Source: Ignavibacteriales bacterium
GTDB lineage: Bacteria; Bacteroidota; Ignavibacteria; Ignavibacteriales; Ignavibacteriaceae
Direction: 5' to 3'
DNA length: 64,000 nucleotides
Assembly (NCBI GenBank): GCA_003141435.1
Contig: PLLW01000046.1
Coordinates: forward strand, 3,577-67,576
Of the stretch, positions 9,709-18,535 are shown one piece after another (the first letter of the stretch is position 1; each line of letters opens with the position of its first letter). The position numbers were made by a program, and so were the translations under genes. The notes under the pieces were generated by a model that did not search any database, was not told where the DNA came from, and saw only the letters and a list, made by a program, of their open reading frames with translations.

Positions 9709-10626
9709 ATGATCAAACCCCAATACTCGAAAATCCTTCTGGTGTTACTTCTTATTTCATGCGCTTTCCCGCAGGTTTCAGCTCCTGTCGCTCTTCTTTC
9801 AGGTGTGCTTTATGCAGTTATTTTTGGTAATCCGGTTGTTAAGAAGACTCAAAAAGCTACTCATATTCTCCTCCAGATTTCGGTCATTGGACTTGGTTTT
9901 GGTATGAATACTGCTGTTGCCCTAAATGCAGGTAAAAAAGGTTTGGGTTATACAATAGCTGGTATTATGTTGACTTTTCTGATCGGTTACATACTGTCAC
10001 GTTTAATTAAAGTTGATAAGAAAACTTCATATCTTATCTCTGCTGGCACTGCGATTTGTGGTGGAAGTGCTATTGCTGCTGTAGCTCCGGTTATTGAAGC
10101 TCGGAGCGAAGATACTTCGGTAGCACTCGGTGTGGTTTTTGTACTGAATAGTGTGGCGCTCATTTTATTCCCCATAATTGGACATTTCCTTGGACTTTCG
10201 GAAGCACGTTTCGGACTTTGGGCAGCAATTGCCATTCATGATACAAGTTCCGTTGTGGGAGCTGCATCCCACTATGGTAAAGAAGCTCTGGCTATCGCCA
10301 CCCCGATTAAACTTACTCGTGCATTATGGATAATTCCTGTCTCCCTTGTGTCAGGACTTTTCTTTAAATCTGAAGTTAAGAAACTAAAGATTCCATATTT
10401 TATTTTTGCTTTCTTTGGTGCCATGCTTTGTAATACATACTTTTTAGGTATGCATGATATCTTTCAATTAATCTTTCAAGTATCACGCCAGGGATTAGTT
10501 ATTACACTTTTCCTCATTGGTTCCAACATTACACTGCAAACTCTAAAGACTGTTGGTTATAAACCATTCGCGCTCGGTATCCTATTGTGGATAATTATGT
10601 CATCACTCACTTTATTTGCAGTTTAA
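9709..10626 (+). CDS. YeiH/UPF0324-family membrane protein (putative sulfate exporter family)
   Basis: Polytopic membrane protein of about 305 aa with GTAICGGSAIAAVAPVI and AIHDTSSVVGAA motifs characteristic of UPF0324. Confidence 0.75.
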   Translation: MIKPQYSKILLVLLLISCAFPQVSAPVALLSGVLYAVIFGNPVVKKTQKATHILLQISVIGLGFGMNTAVALNAGKKGLGYTIAGIMLTFLIGYILSRLIKVDKKTSYLISAGTAICGGSAIAAVAPVIEARSEDTSVALGVVFVLNSVALILFPIIGHFLGLSEARFGLWAAIAIHDTSSVVGAASHYGKEALAIATPIKLTRALWIIPVSLVSGLFFKSEVKKLKIPYFIFAFFGAMLCNTYFLGMHDIFQLIFQVSRQGLVITLFLIGSNITLQTLKTVGYKPFALGILLWIIMSSLTLFAV

Positions 10627-10759
10627 GAATAGAATCATCTTCAGACTAATAATTTCTACTTTTATGAATCCTTTGCACCTTATCTGCAACAAATTTGAAT
10701 TAGATTGCTCTCAAATCATGGGCGGCCTTTTACTTAACCTAAACTAAAAAAATATACAA

Positions 10760-10933
10760 ATGTTTGAGTTGATCACTTTTCGTATGATTATTTATATATT
10801 GGGCGGTGGATTATTAGGCTTTGGCTACTACCGTTTGGTTGGCTACAGAACAGGTTCATGTCCTATTTCTTCAAATCCATATATTTCAACAATATATGGT
10901 GCAGTTCTCGGATTGATGTGGTATCTTAAATAA
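10760..10933 (+). CDS. Small (57 aa) two-TM protein, DUF6132-like
   Basis: Found by hand; it is below the ORF-track cutoff. Sequence: MFELITFRMIIYILGGGLLGFGYYRLVGYRTGSCPISSNPYISTIYGAVLGLMWYLK. The central G-S-C-P-I loop between two hydrophobic helices fits the family as I recall it. Ends 14 nt before the next gene. Confidence 0.45.
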   Translation: MFELITFRMIIYILGGGLLGFGYYRLVGYRTGSCPISSNPYISTIYGAVLGLMWYLK

Positions 10934-10947
10934 AGGGAAAAAATAAT

Positions 10948-11490
10948 ATGAATGATAGAGTATATAATAGGGGAGCAGACCCTCTAAGGTCACCCGAAAG
11001 AGTTTCATGGCTTGAAGTTAATCGTGTGGTTGACAACTGTCTAATAAACGGAGATATAGTTTCTGTTCTGGATATCGGAACCGGTAGCGGTCTTTTTGTA
11101 GAAGAATTTGGCAAACGGGGATTGAGTGTTGCTGCAATTGATCCTAATCCGGAAATGATTACAGCCACTCAAAATATTCTTCCGAATATTGATATCCGTA
11201 AAGCTTCTGCCGAGGAGGTTCCATTCAAGGACAATTCTTTCGATCTCGTTTTTATGGGTCTGGTTTTTCATGAGGTTGATAATTACTTACTATCCATTAA
11301 AGAGGCGTACCGGATAGCCAAAAAAGAAGTTTCAATCCTTGAATGGGAATATCTTGAACAAGACTTTGGTCCACCCCTTAAACATAGATTAAAAAGTTCA
11401 TTCTTTGAGGAATTAGCTGAAAAAGCAGGATTCAAAAAAGTTGAAATTATTAAATTAACAAACCTTATACTTTATAAATTATACAAATAA
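10948..11490 (+). CDS. Class I SAM-dependent methyltransferase
   Basis: Motif I VLDIGTGSGLF and post-I/II motifs (AAIDPNPEMI, FDLVFMGLVFHEV). Confidence 0.8.
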   Translation: MNDRVYNRGADPLRSPERVSWLEVNRVVDNCLINGDIVSVLDIGTGSGLFVEEFGKRGLSVAAIDPNPEMITATQNILPNIDIRKASAEEVPFKDNSFDLVFMGLVFHEVDNYLLSIKEAYRIAKKEVSILEWEYLEQDFGPPLKHRLKSSFFEELAEKAGFKKVEIIKLTNLILYKLYK

Positions 11491-11573
11491 ATTCTTTTAA
11501 CAAGAATTTTATAAAGTAATCGGTATTAACTTTTTATAGAGACTCATCTGTTAAAAAAATATAATGGTCAGCT

Positions 11574-12224
11574 ATGTCCTATAATGCAATAATATTCGAT
11601 TTGGACGGAACACTTCTTAATACTCTTGGAGATATAACTGATTCTGTAAATCGTATTTTGTCTGATAAAGGTTTTCCTGATCATACCGAAGAAAAAATTC
11701 GGAGTTTTATTGGTCACGGAATAAAATCATTAATATATAACTCTTTACCTCCTGATAAACGTGATAATTACTCTGTTCAGAATTATCTTAATACATTTCG
11801 AAAAGATTATAGCAATAACTACGATAAAAAGACCCTTCCATATAACGGTATAATTGAAATGTTGGATGAGCTTTCTAAAAAAGGAATAATAATGGCTGTC
11901 CTTTCCAACAAACCCGATAAGTTAGTAATAGACTGTATATATAAATTACTACCTGAATGGAATTTTGAAGTCATGCTTGGTGCAAACGATTCTTTTCCCT
12001 TAAAACCTGATCCTGCAGGTGCATTGTATATATCTGAAAAGTTGAATATCCCTCCGGCAGAATTTCTTTTCCTGGGAGATTCTGTTGTCGATATTCAAAC
12101 CGCTCTTTCAGCCGGAATGTTTCCTGTGGGGGCATTATGGGGATTCCAACCCAATGAATTAGAAGGATGTGGTTCCCATGCTCTTATTAAACACCCTATA
12201 GAAATAATTAAATATTTAACCTGA
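11574..12224 (+). CDS. HAD-superfamily hydrolase (phosphoglycolate phosphatase-like)
   Basis: IIFDLDGTLLNT (motif I), SNKP (motif II) and LGDSVVDIQTALSAGM (motif IV). Confidence 0.85.
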   Translation: MSYNAIIFDLDGTLLNTLGDITDSVNRILSDKGFPDHTEEKIRSFIGHGIKSLIYNSLPPDKRDNYSVQNYLNTFRKDYSNNYDKKTLPYNGIIEMLDELSKKGIIMAVLSNKPDKLVIDCIYKLLPEWNFEVMLGANDSFPLKPDPAGALYISEKLNIPPAEFLFLGDSVVDIQTALSAGMFPVGALWGFQPNELEGCGSHALIKHPIEIIKYLT

Positions 12225-12236
12225 CACCATATAATA

Positions 12237-12308
12237 ATGGCTGAAAATAAAACACATTGGTATGATGGTTGGTTCTACGATTTATTAATTGCCCCCAATC
12301 AAGATTAA
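12237..12308 (+). pseudogene. 23-codon remnant of a methyltransferase N-terminus
   Basis: MAENKTHWYDGWFYDLLIAPNQD-stop. The HWYDG.FYD..IAP.QD string is a common start of class I SAM methyltransferases. The frame stops where the convergent osmC-like gene ends. Confidence 0.35.
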
Positions 12309-12724
12309 TTAATTCTGTAAGAATGTGTTATTTCTACAGCTTTTTCAAGCATTGCGGTTACTGCACAATATTTAGTCTGTGAAAGTTCAATTGCTCTTTC
12401 AATATCCTTTGTGTTAAGATCTTTCCCATAAAAGACATACTCTAGGTCAATTTTTGTAAAAACCTGTGGATGCTCATCTGATATGTCTGCTTTAATATTT
12501 ATCTCAAAATCATCAAGCGGAGTTCTTTTTTTAGTTAGTATTGCAACTACATCACTGGCAGTACATCCAGCAAGAGCAAGCAGAAGGAGTTCCTTAGGGC
12601 GTATACCAGCATTGCTGCCACCAAATTCCTCTGGCCCGTCCATTGTTATCCAATGGTTGGAATCAGTCTTCCCCACAAAGGTAATTCCCTTTAGTCGTTT
12701 TAAATAAGCTGTTTTTGTTCCCAT
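12305..12724 (-). CDS. OsmC-family peroxiredoxin-like protein
   Basis: About 139 aa. Conserved LLLLALAGCTASDV and SQTKYCAVTAML Cys pair typical of OsmC/Ohr. Confidence 0.8.
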   Translation of the reverse strand: MGTKTAYLKRLKGITFVGKTDSNHWITMDGPEEFGGSNAGIRPKELLLLALAGCTASDVVAILTKKRTPLDDFEINIKADISDEHPQVFTKIDLEYVFYGKDLNTKDIERAIELSQTKYCAVTAMLEKAVEITHSYRIN

Positions 12725-13045
12725 AACTATTCTCAGTAAATGATTATTTCACAGGTGCTAAATTGTAATTGGTTATAAGTCTTTCCAGAAATTCTTTTGG
12801 TTTTGCGCCAAGATAAACATTGTCTATCATTCCGATAAATACATAGAGTAAAATCATCATTATGAAAATTAATTCCTTATTCGATTACCAAATATGATGC
12901 ATATTCTTTAGAAAGGATTCAATATAACAGCCATTTTGAGCATTTTTATTTTTCTTAAAATAAAGAGATAATATTATCAAAAATAATAAATCCATATACT
13001 GACAATTTGAAAATTGACTTTAATTAAATCTTTGGAACTGGCCTA

Positions 13046-13073
13046 ATAGTTGATATTTATAAATATCAACTAT
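13046..13073. promoter_or_regulatory. Perfect 28-bp palindrome, candidate operator of the MerR-type regulator
   Basis: atagttgatatttataaatatcaactat equals its own reverse complement. It ends 15 nt before the regulator ATG at 13088. Confidence 0.45.
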
Positions 13074-13087
13074 AGTAAATATATAAA

Positions 13088-13531
13088 ATGACCGAACCTA
13101 AAGCTGCTAAAGATATTCCAATCTACACAATTAGTGCTGCTGCCAAAATTCTTGATATTTCAGTCCATACCCTAAGGATGTATGAGCGTGAGGGGTTAAT
13201 AGTTCCATTCAAAAAAGAGTCGAACCAACGATTATATTCGCAGGAGGATATAGATAGAATAAATTGTATCCGGAATGAAATTAAGGAGAAAAAAATAAGT
13301 ATCAATGGTATTAAAACTATTTATTCGATGATCCCATGCTGGGATATTGTAAAATGCACAAAAAAGGAAAGAGAGAAATGCGGCTCTTTCAATGGTTCGA
13401 ATTCACCCTGCTGGACTTATAATCATAACCTTAATGTTTGTGGTACAAAAAATTGCAGGGACTGCATCGTATACTCACAATATTCCGAATGCAACAATGT
13501 AAAAGAATTAATTAAATCAATTTCTAAGTAA
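13088..13531 (+). CDS. MerR-family HTH regulator with a Cys-rich C-terminal (two-CW-like) domain
   Basis: MerR HTH (IYTISAAAKILDISVHTLRMYEREGLIVPFKKESNQRLYSQEDIDRI). The tail has 8 Cys after the linker, including two Pro-Cys-Trp motifs (IPCWDIVKC, SPCWTYN), plus CGTKNCRDC. Confidence 0.8.
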   Translation: MTEPKAAKDIPIYTISAAAKILDISVHTLRMYEREGLIVPFKKESNQRLYSQEDIDRINCIRNEIKEKKISINGIKTIYSMIPCWDIVKCTKKEREKCGSFNGSNSPCWTYNHNLNVCGTKNCRDCIVYSQYSECNNVKELIKSISK

Positions 13532-13580
13532 ATCCAATAAAATAGAAACATAAAATTCAATAAGTAAATAGAAAAATTAT

Positions 13581-15152
13581 ATGAAAAAAATAGTTTTATC
13601 CCTGGTCCTCATAGGGTTAATAATAATAGGCACAATAAGTTATTTATCCTCAAAAGAAACCGAACCAACAAAACTGGTATTATTAAAAGAAAAACTATCA
13701 AATAAAATTACTCCTTCTGTTGATCATACTAAATTTGCAATCCTTCAAAAAAAGTTTAACTCCCCGCAGGAAATTACTGAAGCATGCATATCCTGCCATA
13801 CTGAAAGAGCAAAGGAAGTTATGCAGTCAAACCATTGGAATTGGGAGAGTCCGGAATATATTAAAGGACGTGGAGTTGTCTATCTTGGTAAAAAGAATGC
13901 TATAAATAATTTCTGCATCGGTGTTGAAGGAAATGAAAAGAGCTGCGCCAAATGCCATATAGGATTTGGTATGACCGACAAGATTTTTTCCTTTACTGAT
14001 CCCAGAAATGTTGATTGTCTGGTATGTCATGATAACACGGAAACTTATGCTAAAGCCGCTGAAATGGGAGGGGCACCCGTTACAACATTGAATTTCAATA
14101 ATATTGCACAGCATGTTGGTGAGCCCAAACGATCGAATTGCGGAGTTTGCCATTTCTTTGGCGGTGGTGGAAATAATGTTAAACATGGGGATTTAGAGAA
14201 ATCAATGTTTGATCCCTCAAGGGATGTAGATGTTCATATGAATAGTGAAGGGACAAACCTTCAATGTGTCGATTGCCATAAAACAGAAAAGCATGTGATA
14301 ACTGGAGAAATTTATTCTATGGCCTCTATGAATCGGAATAGATCAACTTGCGAATCATGTCATTCAGATAATCCTCATCAGGATGCTATTTTAAACAAAC
14401 ATACTTTAAAAGTTGCTTGCCAGACTTGCCATATTCCGGTTTATGCTAAAGTAAACGAAACAAACACAGATTGGGACTGGTCTGCTGCCGGGAAATTAAA
14501 AAATGGGGAGCCTTTTGAGGTTGATGATAAAGAAGGAAACCATACTTATTTGTCTATTAAAGGGAGTTTCAAGTGGGGGAAAAATCTTGAACCGGAATAT
14601 ATTTGGTTTAATGGAACAGCAGAGCACTATTTATTGGGGGATACAGTTTCAGATCCATCAAAACCATTGGTATTAAATACCCTGAACGGTTCTTATCCTG
14701 ATAAGGAGTCTAAGATTATTCCGGTAAAAATTCATAGGGCTATACAACCATTTGATCCTCTGAATAAGATGCTTATCCAGCCAAAGCTCTTTGCAGATAA
14801 TAAAGGTGAAGGCGCATTCTGGAAAGATTTTGATTGGCAGACGGCTTCTGCAGTAGGGATGAAGGATGCTAATCTTCCGTTCAGTGGTAAAGTTTCTTTT
14901 ATTAAGACTGAAATGTACTGGCCAATAAATCATATGGTCTCTTCCAAAGAAAATACTGTCAAATGTACTGAATGTCATTCCCGTGAAAACAGTCGTTTGG
15001 CAAATCTGACAGATTTCTATATGCCGGCAAGAGATTATAGCCCTTTTATTGATACAGTAGGAACAGGAATTCTAATATTCTCTTTATTGGGGATATTTAT
15101 TCATGGGACAATAAGAATTATTTCAAAACGTAAATTAAGAAAAAGAGCTTAG
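13581..15152 (+). CDS. Octaheme c-type cytochrome, tetrathionate-reductase (OTR)-like family, membrane anchored
   Basis: Eight CxxCH motifs counted: CISCH, CAKCH, CLVCH, CGVCH, CVDCH, CESCH, CQTCH, CTECH. N-terminal signal/anchor and C-terminal hydrophobic helix. HWNWE and NNFCIG segments resemble the Shewanella OTR family as I recall it. Confidence 0.75.
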   Translation: MKKIVLSLVLIGLIIIGTISYLSSKETEPTKLVLLKEKLSNKITPSVDHTKFAILQKKFNSPQEITEACISCHTERAKEVMQSNHWNWESPEYIKGRGVVYLGKKNAINNFCIGVEGNEKSCAKCHIGFGMTDKIFSFTDPRNVDCLVCHDNTETYAKAAEMGGAPVTTLNFNNIAQHVGEPKRSNCGVCHFFGGGGNNVKHGDLEKSMFDPSRDVDVHMNSEGTNLQCVDCHKTEKHVITGEIYSMASMNRNRSTCESCHSDNPHQDAILNKHTLKVACQTCHIPVYAKVNETNTDWDWSAAGKLKNGEPFEVDDKEGNHTYLSIKGSFKWGKNLEPEYIWFNGTAEHYLLGDTVSDPSKPLVLNTLNGSYPDKESKIIPVKIHRAIQPFDPLNKMLIQPKLFADNKGEGAFWKDFDWQTASAVGMKDANLPFSGKVSFIKTEMYWPINHMVSSKENTVKCTECHSRENSRLANLTDFYMPARDYSPFIDTVGTGILIFSLLGIFIHGTIRIISKRKLRKRA

Positions 15153-15153
15153 C

Positions 15154-15837
15154 ATGCAGAAAAAAGTTTATATCTATAGATCATTTGAACGATTCTGGCA
15201 TTGGATGCAGGCAATAATAATATTTTTCCTGGCAATGACAGGATTTGAAATTCATGGGTCAATCAGTTTCTTTGGTTATCAGAATGCAGTTAAATATCAT
15301 AATATTGCTGCCTATGCATTTATTATCCTGATCATTTTTGCAATATTTTGGCATTTCTCCACTGGTGAATGGAGGCAATATCTCCCAACAGCTCGCAATT
15401 TAAAAGCCCAGATTAACTATTATCTCTTGGGAATATTTTCCAATGCACCACACCCTACCAGAAAAACAGTATTGAGCAAATTGAATCCTCTTCAGAAATT
15501 AGTTTACCTGGGATTAAAAATTCTTGTAATTCCCACCATGGTAATTTCTGGACTCCTCTACATGTTTTACCGCTATCCCCAAAATAGCAGCATCGTCGGA
15601 ATGAATATCGGTTCTATTAAAGTAATCGCCCTTTTTCATACAGCCGGAGCATTTCTGTTGCTTGCTTTTATTATCGTGCATCTTTATTTAATTACTACTG
15701 GAACAACTGTAACCTCTAATCTTAAAGCAATGATAACAGGTTATGAAGAACTGGAAACTGAAGAAACTACTGATATCAAAAAAATAAATTCAGAAAGTAT
15801 AGCTGAAAAAGTTAAACCTGAGGTAACAAATGAATAA
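15154..15837 (+). CDS. Membrane b-type cytochrome (Ni/Fe-hydrogenase / PhsC-like cytochrome b family)
   Basis: RSFERFWHWMQAIIIFFLAMTGFEIHG start, four TM helices with conserved His residues. Starts 2 nt after the cytochrome c stop. Confidence 0.75.
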   Translation: MQKKVYIYRSFERFWHWMQAIIIFFLAMTGFEIHGSISFFGYQNAVKYHNIAAYAFIILIIFAIFWHFSTGEWRQYLPTARNLKAQINYYLLGIFSNAPHPTRKTVLSKLNPLQKLVYLGLKILVIPTMVISGLLYMFYRYPQNSSIVGMNIGSIKVIALFHTAGAFLLLAFIIVHLYLITTGTTVTSNLKAMITGYEELETEETTDIKKINSESIAEKVKPEVTNE

Positions 15838-16363
15838 TTCTAAATATATGAATCCTTATTTAGCAGGCGTCCTGCTGGGATTGGTTTTATTAGCTACCAT
15901 TTATATAACCGGCAGAGGTTTGGGTGCCAGTGGAGCAGTTAAAAGCGCTGTCGTCGCCTCTGTTGAATCTGTTGCGCCATCGCATACAGGAAACCTGAAG
16001 TTTTATAAGGAATACGGCGAAGAACATCCTGGTAATCCCCTTATGAACTGGTTGATATTTGAAATGATAGGTGTTGTAATTGGAGCATTTATTTCTGGTC
16101 TGATTTCTAATCGTCTTAAGTTTACTCTTGAGCATGCCCCTGGAACAAGTGCTAAAGTAAGGATAGTAGGGGCTTTAGCGGGCGGTGCATTTTTTGGATT
16201 TGGTGCAGAGCTTGGAAGAGGTTGTACTAGCGGTGCGGCATTAAGCGGTATGGCCGTTATGTCTACCGGAGGTATCATAACTATGATAGCTATTTTTGGT
16301 GGCGCATATGCATTCGCGTATTTTTTTAGAAAACTCTGGTTATCTAATAAAGGAGATTATTAA
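15830..16363 (+). CDS. YeeE/YedE-family sulfur-compound transporter, half-size subunit
   Basis: GRGLGASGA and GRGCTSGAALSGM motifs of the sulphur-transport (DUF395) family. Overlaps the upstream gene by 8 nt. Confidence 0.75.
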   Translation: MNNSKYMNPYLAGVLLGLVLLATIYITGRGLGASGAVKSAVVASVESVAPSHTGNLKFYKEYGEEHPGNPLMNWLIFEMIGVVIGAFISGLISNRLKFTLEHAPGTSAKVRIVGALAGGAFFGFGAELGRGCTSGAALSGMAVMSTGGIITMIAIFGGAYAFAYFFRKLWLSNKGDY

Positions 16364-17559
16364 TGGGACCATTAGTACCCGAAGTAATCGGGAGTCAACT
16401 GAATTTTATAGTTGCCTTAATTGTAGGTATTGGCTTTGGATTTGCATTGGAACAGGCAGGATTTTCAACATCCAAAAAACTAGTAGGATTATTCTACGGC
16501 TATGATTTTACCGTCCTGAGAGTATTTTTTACAGCCGGCGTTACTGCCATGCTTGGAGTTATTGCTCTTGCTCATTTTGGTTTATTGGATGTAAAACTTA
16601 TTTATATCAATCCAACATTTCTTTGGTCTGCAATTGTTGGAGGAATAATTATGGGTTTAGGTTTTGTAACAGGAGGATTTTGTCCGGGTACTAGCGTCTG
16701 TGCCGCAGCCATTGGTAAAATTGATGGAATGATATTCGTTGTTGGATCATTTTTAGGAATTCTTGCTTTTGCTGAAGGATATCCAATGTTCGAAGGTTTG
16801 TATAAAGCTGCATCCTGGGGTAATGTCCAAATGTTTGAAACTCTCGGAATCTCTCAATCTCTTTTTGCATTTTTACTAACATTCATTGCTGTGGCTGCTT
16901 TTTGGTTTACTGCTGCAATTGAAAGAAGAGTGAATGGTAAAACTGGTAAAGGATTTCATTTATCAAAGGTTTATTTAGGGCTGACAGGACTTGCAATAAT
17001 AATAGGTCTAACGGCTTTTGTACTTCCTGATAAAAGAGAATATATGCTTAAGGAATTAGCAAACAGCAGCTTTGTTTCATCATTTAATATTGAGGAAATG
17101 ACTTCAGATGAATTGGCTTTTAGGTTAATTGATAAGGATATGAATTTGCAGATAATCGATCTCCGTTCCCAGAAAGAATTTGATTCACTTGGTCTTCCTC
17201 AATCAACGCGTTTTGATTTAGAAAATATGTTTGAAAAAGACGCTTACAAATTACTATCGTTGAAAGATAAGAAGAATGTTTTTATTGCAAATGATGAATT
17301 GACAGCTAAAAAAGGAGCTATCCTTGCGCGCGAATTAGGATATAGCAATATACTGGTGCTCAAAGGAGGGTTTAATCAATTTAGAAAGGATATCCTTGAA
17401 TTTGTAATGCCTACTGGAAAAGTAAACAGGAATGATGTTGATACATTTCGTTTCCGTACAAACGCAAACCAGGTAATGCCTGTTTTAATGAAAGAAAATA
17501 AACTCAAACATTCTTCCGGGGAAAAGCAGCAAGTGAAACGTATTTTAGGCGGTTGCTGA
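16363..17559 (+). CDS. YeeE/YedE-family half-transporter fused to a C-terminal rhodanese-homology domain
   Basis: N-terminal TMs carry GFALEQAGF and GGFCPGTSVCAAA motifs. The C-terminal rhodanese-like fold reads LQIIDLRSQKEFDSLGLPQS...NILVLKGGFNQF. The ATG overlaps the upstream stop. Confidence 0.75.
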   Translation: MGPLVPEVIGSQLNFIVALIVGIGFGFALEQAGFSTSKKLVGLFYGYDFTVLRVFFTAGVTAMLGVIALAHFGLLDVKLIYINPTFLWSAIVGGIIMGLGFVTGGFCPGTSVCAAAIGKIDGMIFVVGSFLGILAFAEGYPMFEGLYKAASWGNVQMFETLGISQSLFAFLLTFIAVAAFWFTAAIERRVNGKTGKGFHLSKVYLGLTGLAIIIGLTAFVLPDKREYMLKELANSSFVSSFNIEEMTSDELAFRLIDKDMNLQIIDLRSQKEFDSLGLPQSTRFDLENMFEKDAYKLLSLKDKKNVFIANDELTAKKGAILARELGYSNILVLKGGFNQFRKDILEFVMPTGKVNRNDVDTFRFRTNANQVMPVLMKENKLKHSSGEKQQVKRILGGC

Positions 17560-17563
17560 GTAA

Positions 17564-17773
17564 TTACTTTACTAAAAAATTATTCAAATCATTTACTAGA
17601 TTATCAATTTCAGAATCTGTTAATCCTTTTTCTTTTGCAGCAGATTCCAGTATGCCCCAGGTCGGTTCTCCGCAGCTAATACCGCATACTCCTTTTTCCA
17701 TTAGATAATGTAAAGCTTCTGGGATTCCCTTTAGAATAAATTCTATTTCATCCTGCCTGGTTATTGTTCTCAT
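17564..17773 (-). CDS. DUF1858 / hybrid-cluster-protein-associated redox disulfide domain protein
   Basis: ITRQDEIEFILKGIPEALHYLMEKGVCGISCGEPTWGILESAAKEKGL matches the small CxxxC redox-disulfide family. Start set at the internal ATG (MRTITRQ). Confidence 0.6.
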   Translation of the reverse strand: MRTITRQDEIEFILKGIPEALHYLMEKGVCGISCGEPTWGILESAAKEKGLTDSEIDNLVNDLNNFLVK

Positions 17774-17965
17774 CAGCTTTTTCCTTTTTCTTCTTTGATG
17801 GAAATACAAACAAAAGCCCTATCATTGCCTGTATCCATAAATTATCCTGTTTTTTAAGGGTTAGATGTTATAATCTGTAAAGAGATTCAATTAAAGCACC
17901 GAAAAATCTAATTATTTTGTATATTTTATTTTTGAAACCATATACAATTTGCAGCATCAAAGAAG

Positions 17966-18535
17966 ATGGAAGAAATAAAACTGATTGAACAGGCTCAGCT
18001 CGGTGATAAGAAATCCCTGGAAGAGTTGGTTAAAAAGTATGAAATCACAGTCTATAACTTTTCCTTCAAAATCTGCCGGGATAAGAACCGTGCCGAAAAT
18101 ACTATGCAGGAAACTTTCCTTAGTATGATAAAGAATATTAAACAGTTCAAAGGAGATTCGAAACTGTCAACATGGCTATATACTGTTGTTTCAAATCATT
18201 GTTTAATGTTGGCACGGACTGAATCAAAACATGCTTATACTTCCTTTGAAGACGAGGAAGGAGTTATTAATGAAAAGAAGTTTATGGATTGGAAAGTTAC
18301 TCCTGATAAAATAGCCGAGGATAAGGAATTAAAAGAGTTCCTGGACTATGCAATTGCAAAGCTTCACCCCGATTATCGGGTTGTTTTTTTACTGAGGGAT
18401 GTCGAGGGTTTATCTTCAGAGGAAACAGCAAAAATATGTAATCTATCTGTACCTGCTGTTAAATCCCGGTTACATAGAGCACGCGCATTTTTAAGAAATG
18501 AACTTAATGAGAAGTTTAATTATGAAAAAACATGA
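17966..18535 (+). CDS. ECF (group 4) RNA polymerase sigma-70 factor
   Basis: Region 2 (VYNFSFKICRDKNRAENTMQETFLSM...STWLYTVVSNHC) and region 4 (VFLLRDVEGLSSEETAKICNLSVPAVKSRLHRAR). Confidence 0.9.
   Translation: MEEIKLIEQAQLGDKKSLEELVKKYEITVYNFSFKICRDKNRAENTMQETFLSMIKNIKQFKGDSKLSTWLYTVVSNHCLMLARTESKHAYTSFEDEEGVINEKKFMDWKVTPDKIAEDKELKEFLDYAIAKLHPDYRVVFLLRDVEGLSSEETAKICNLSVPAVKSRLHRARAFLRNELNEKFNYEKT

Noticed and set aside
9624-9830. 68-aa ORF overlapping the yeiH start
   Set aside because: It is out of frame with the well-supported YeiH-family gene, and its sequence is low-complexity (Tyr/Leu/Phe-rich).
12744-12860. 38-codon minus-strand ORF (MMILLYVFIGMIDNVYLGAKPKEFLERLITNYNLAPVK) 20 nt upstream of osmC
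   Set aside because: No recognisable family, no convincing RBS, and easily produced by chance in AT-rich DNA. It could be a leader peptide or gene remnant, but that is not supportable from sequence alone.
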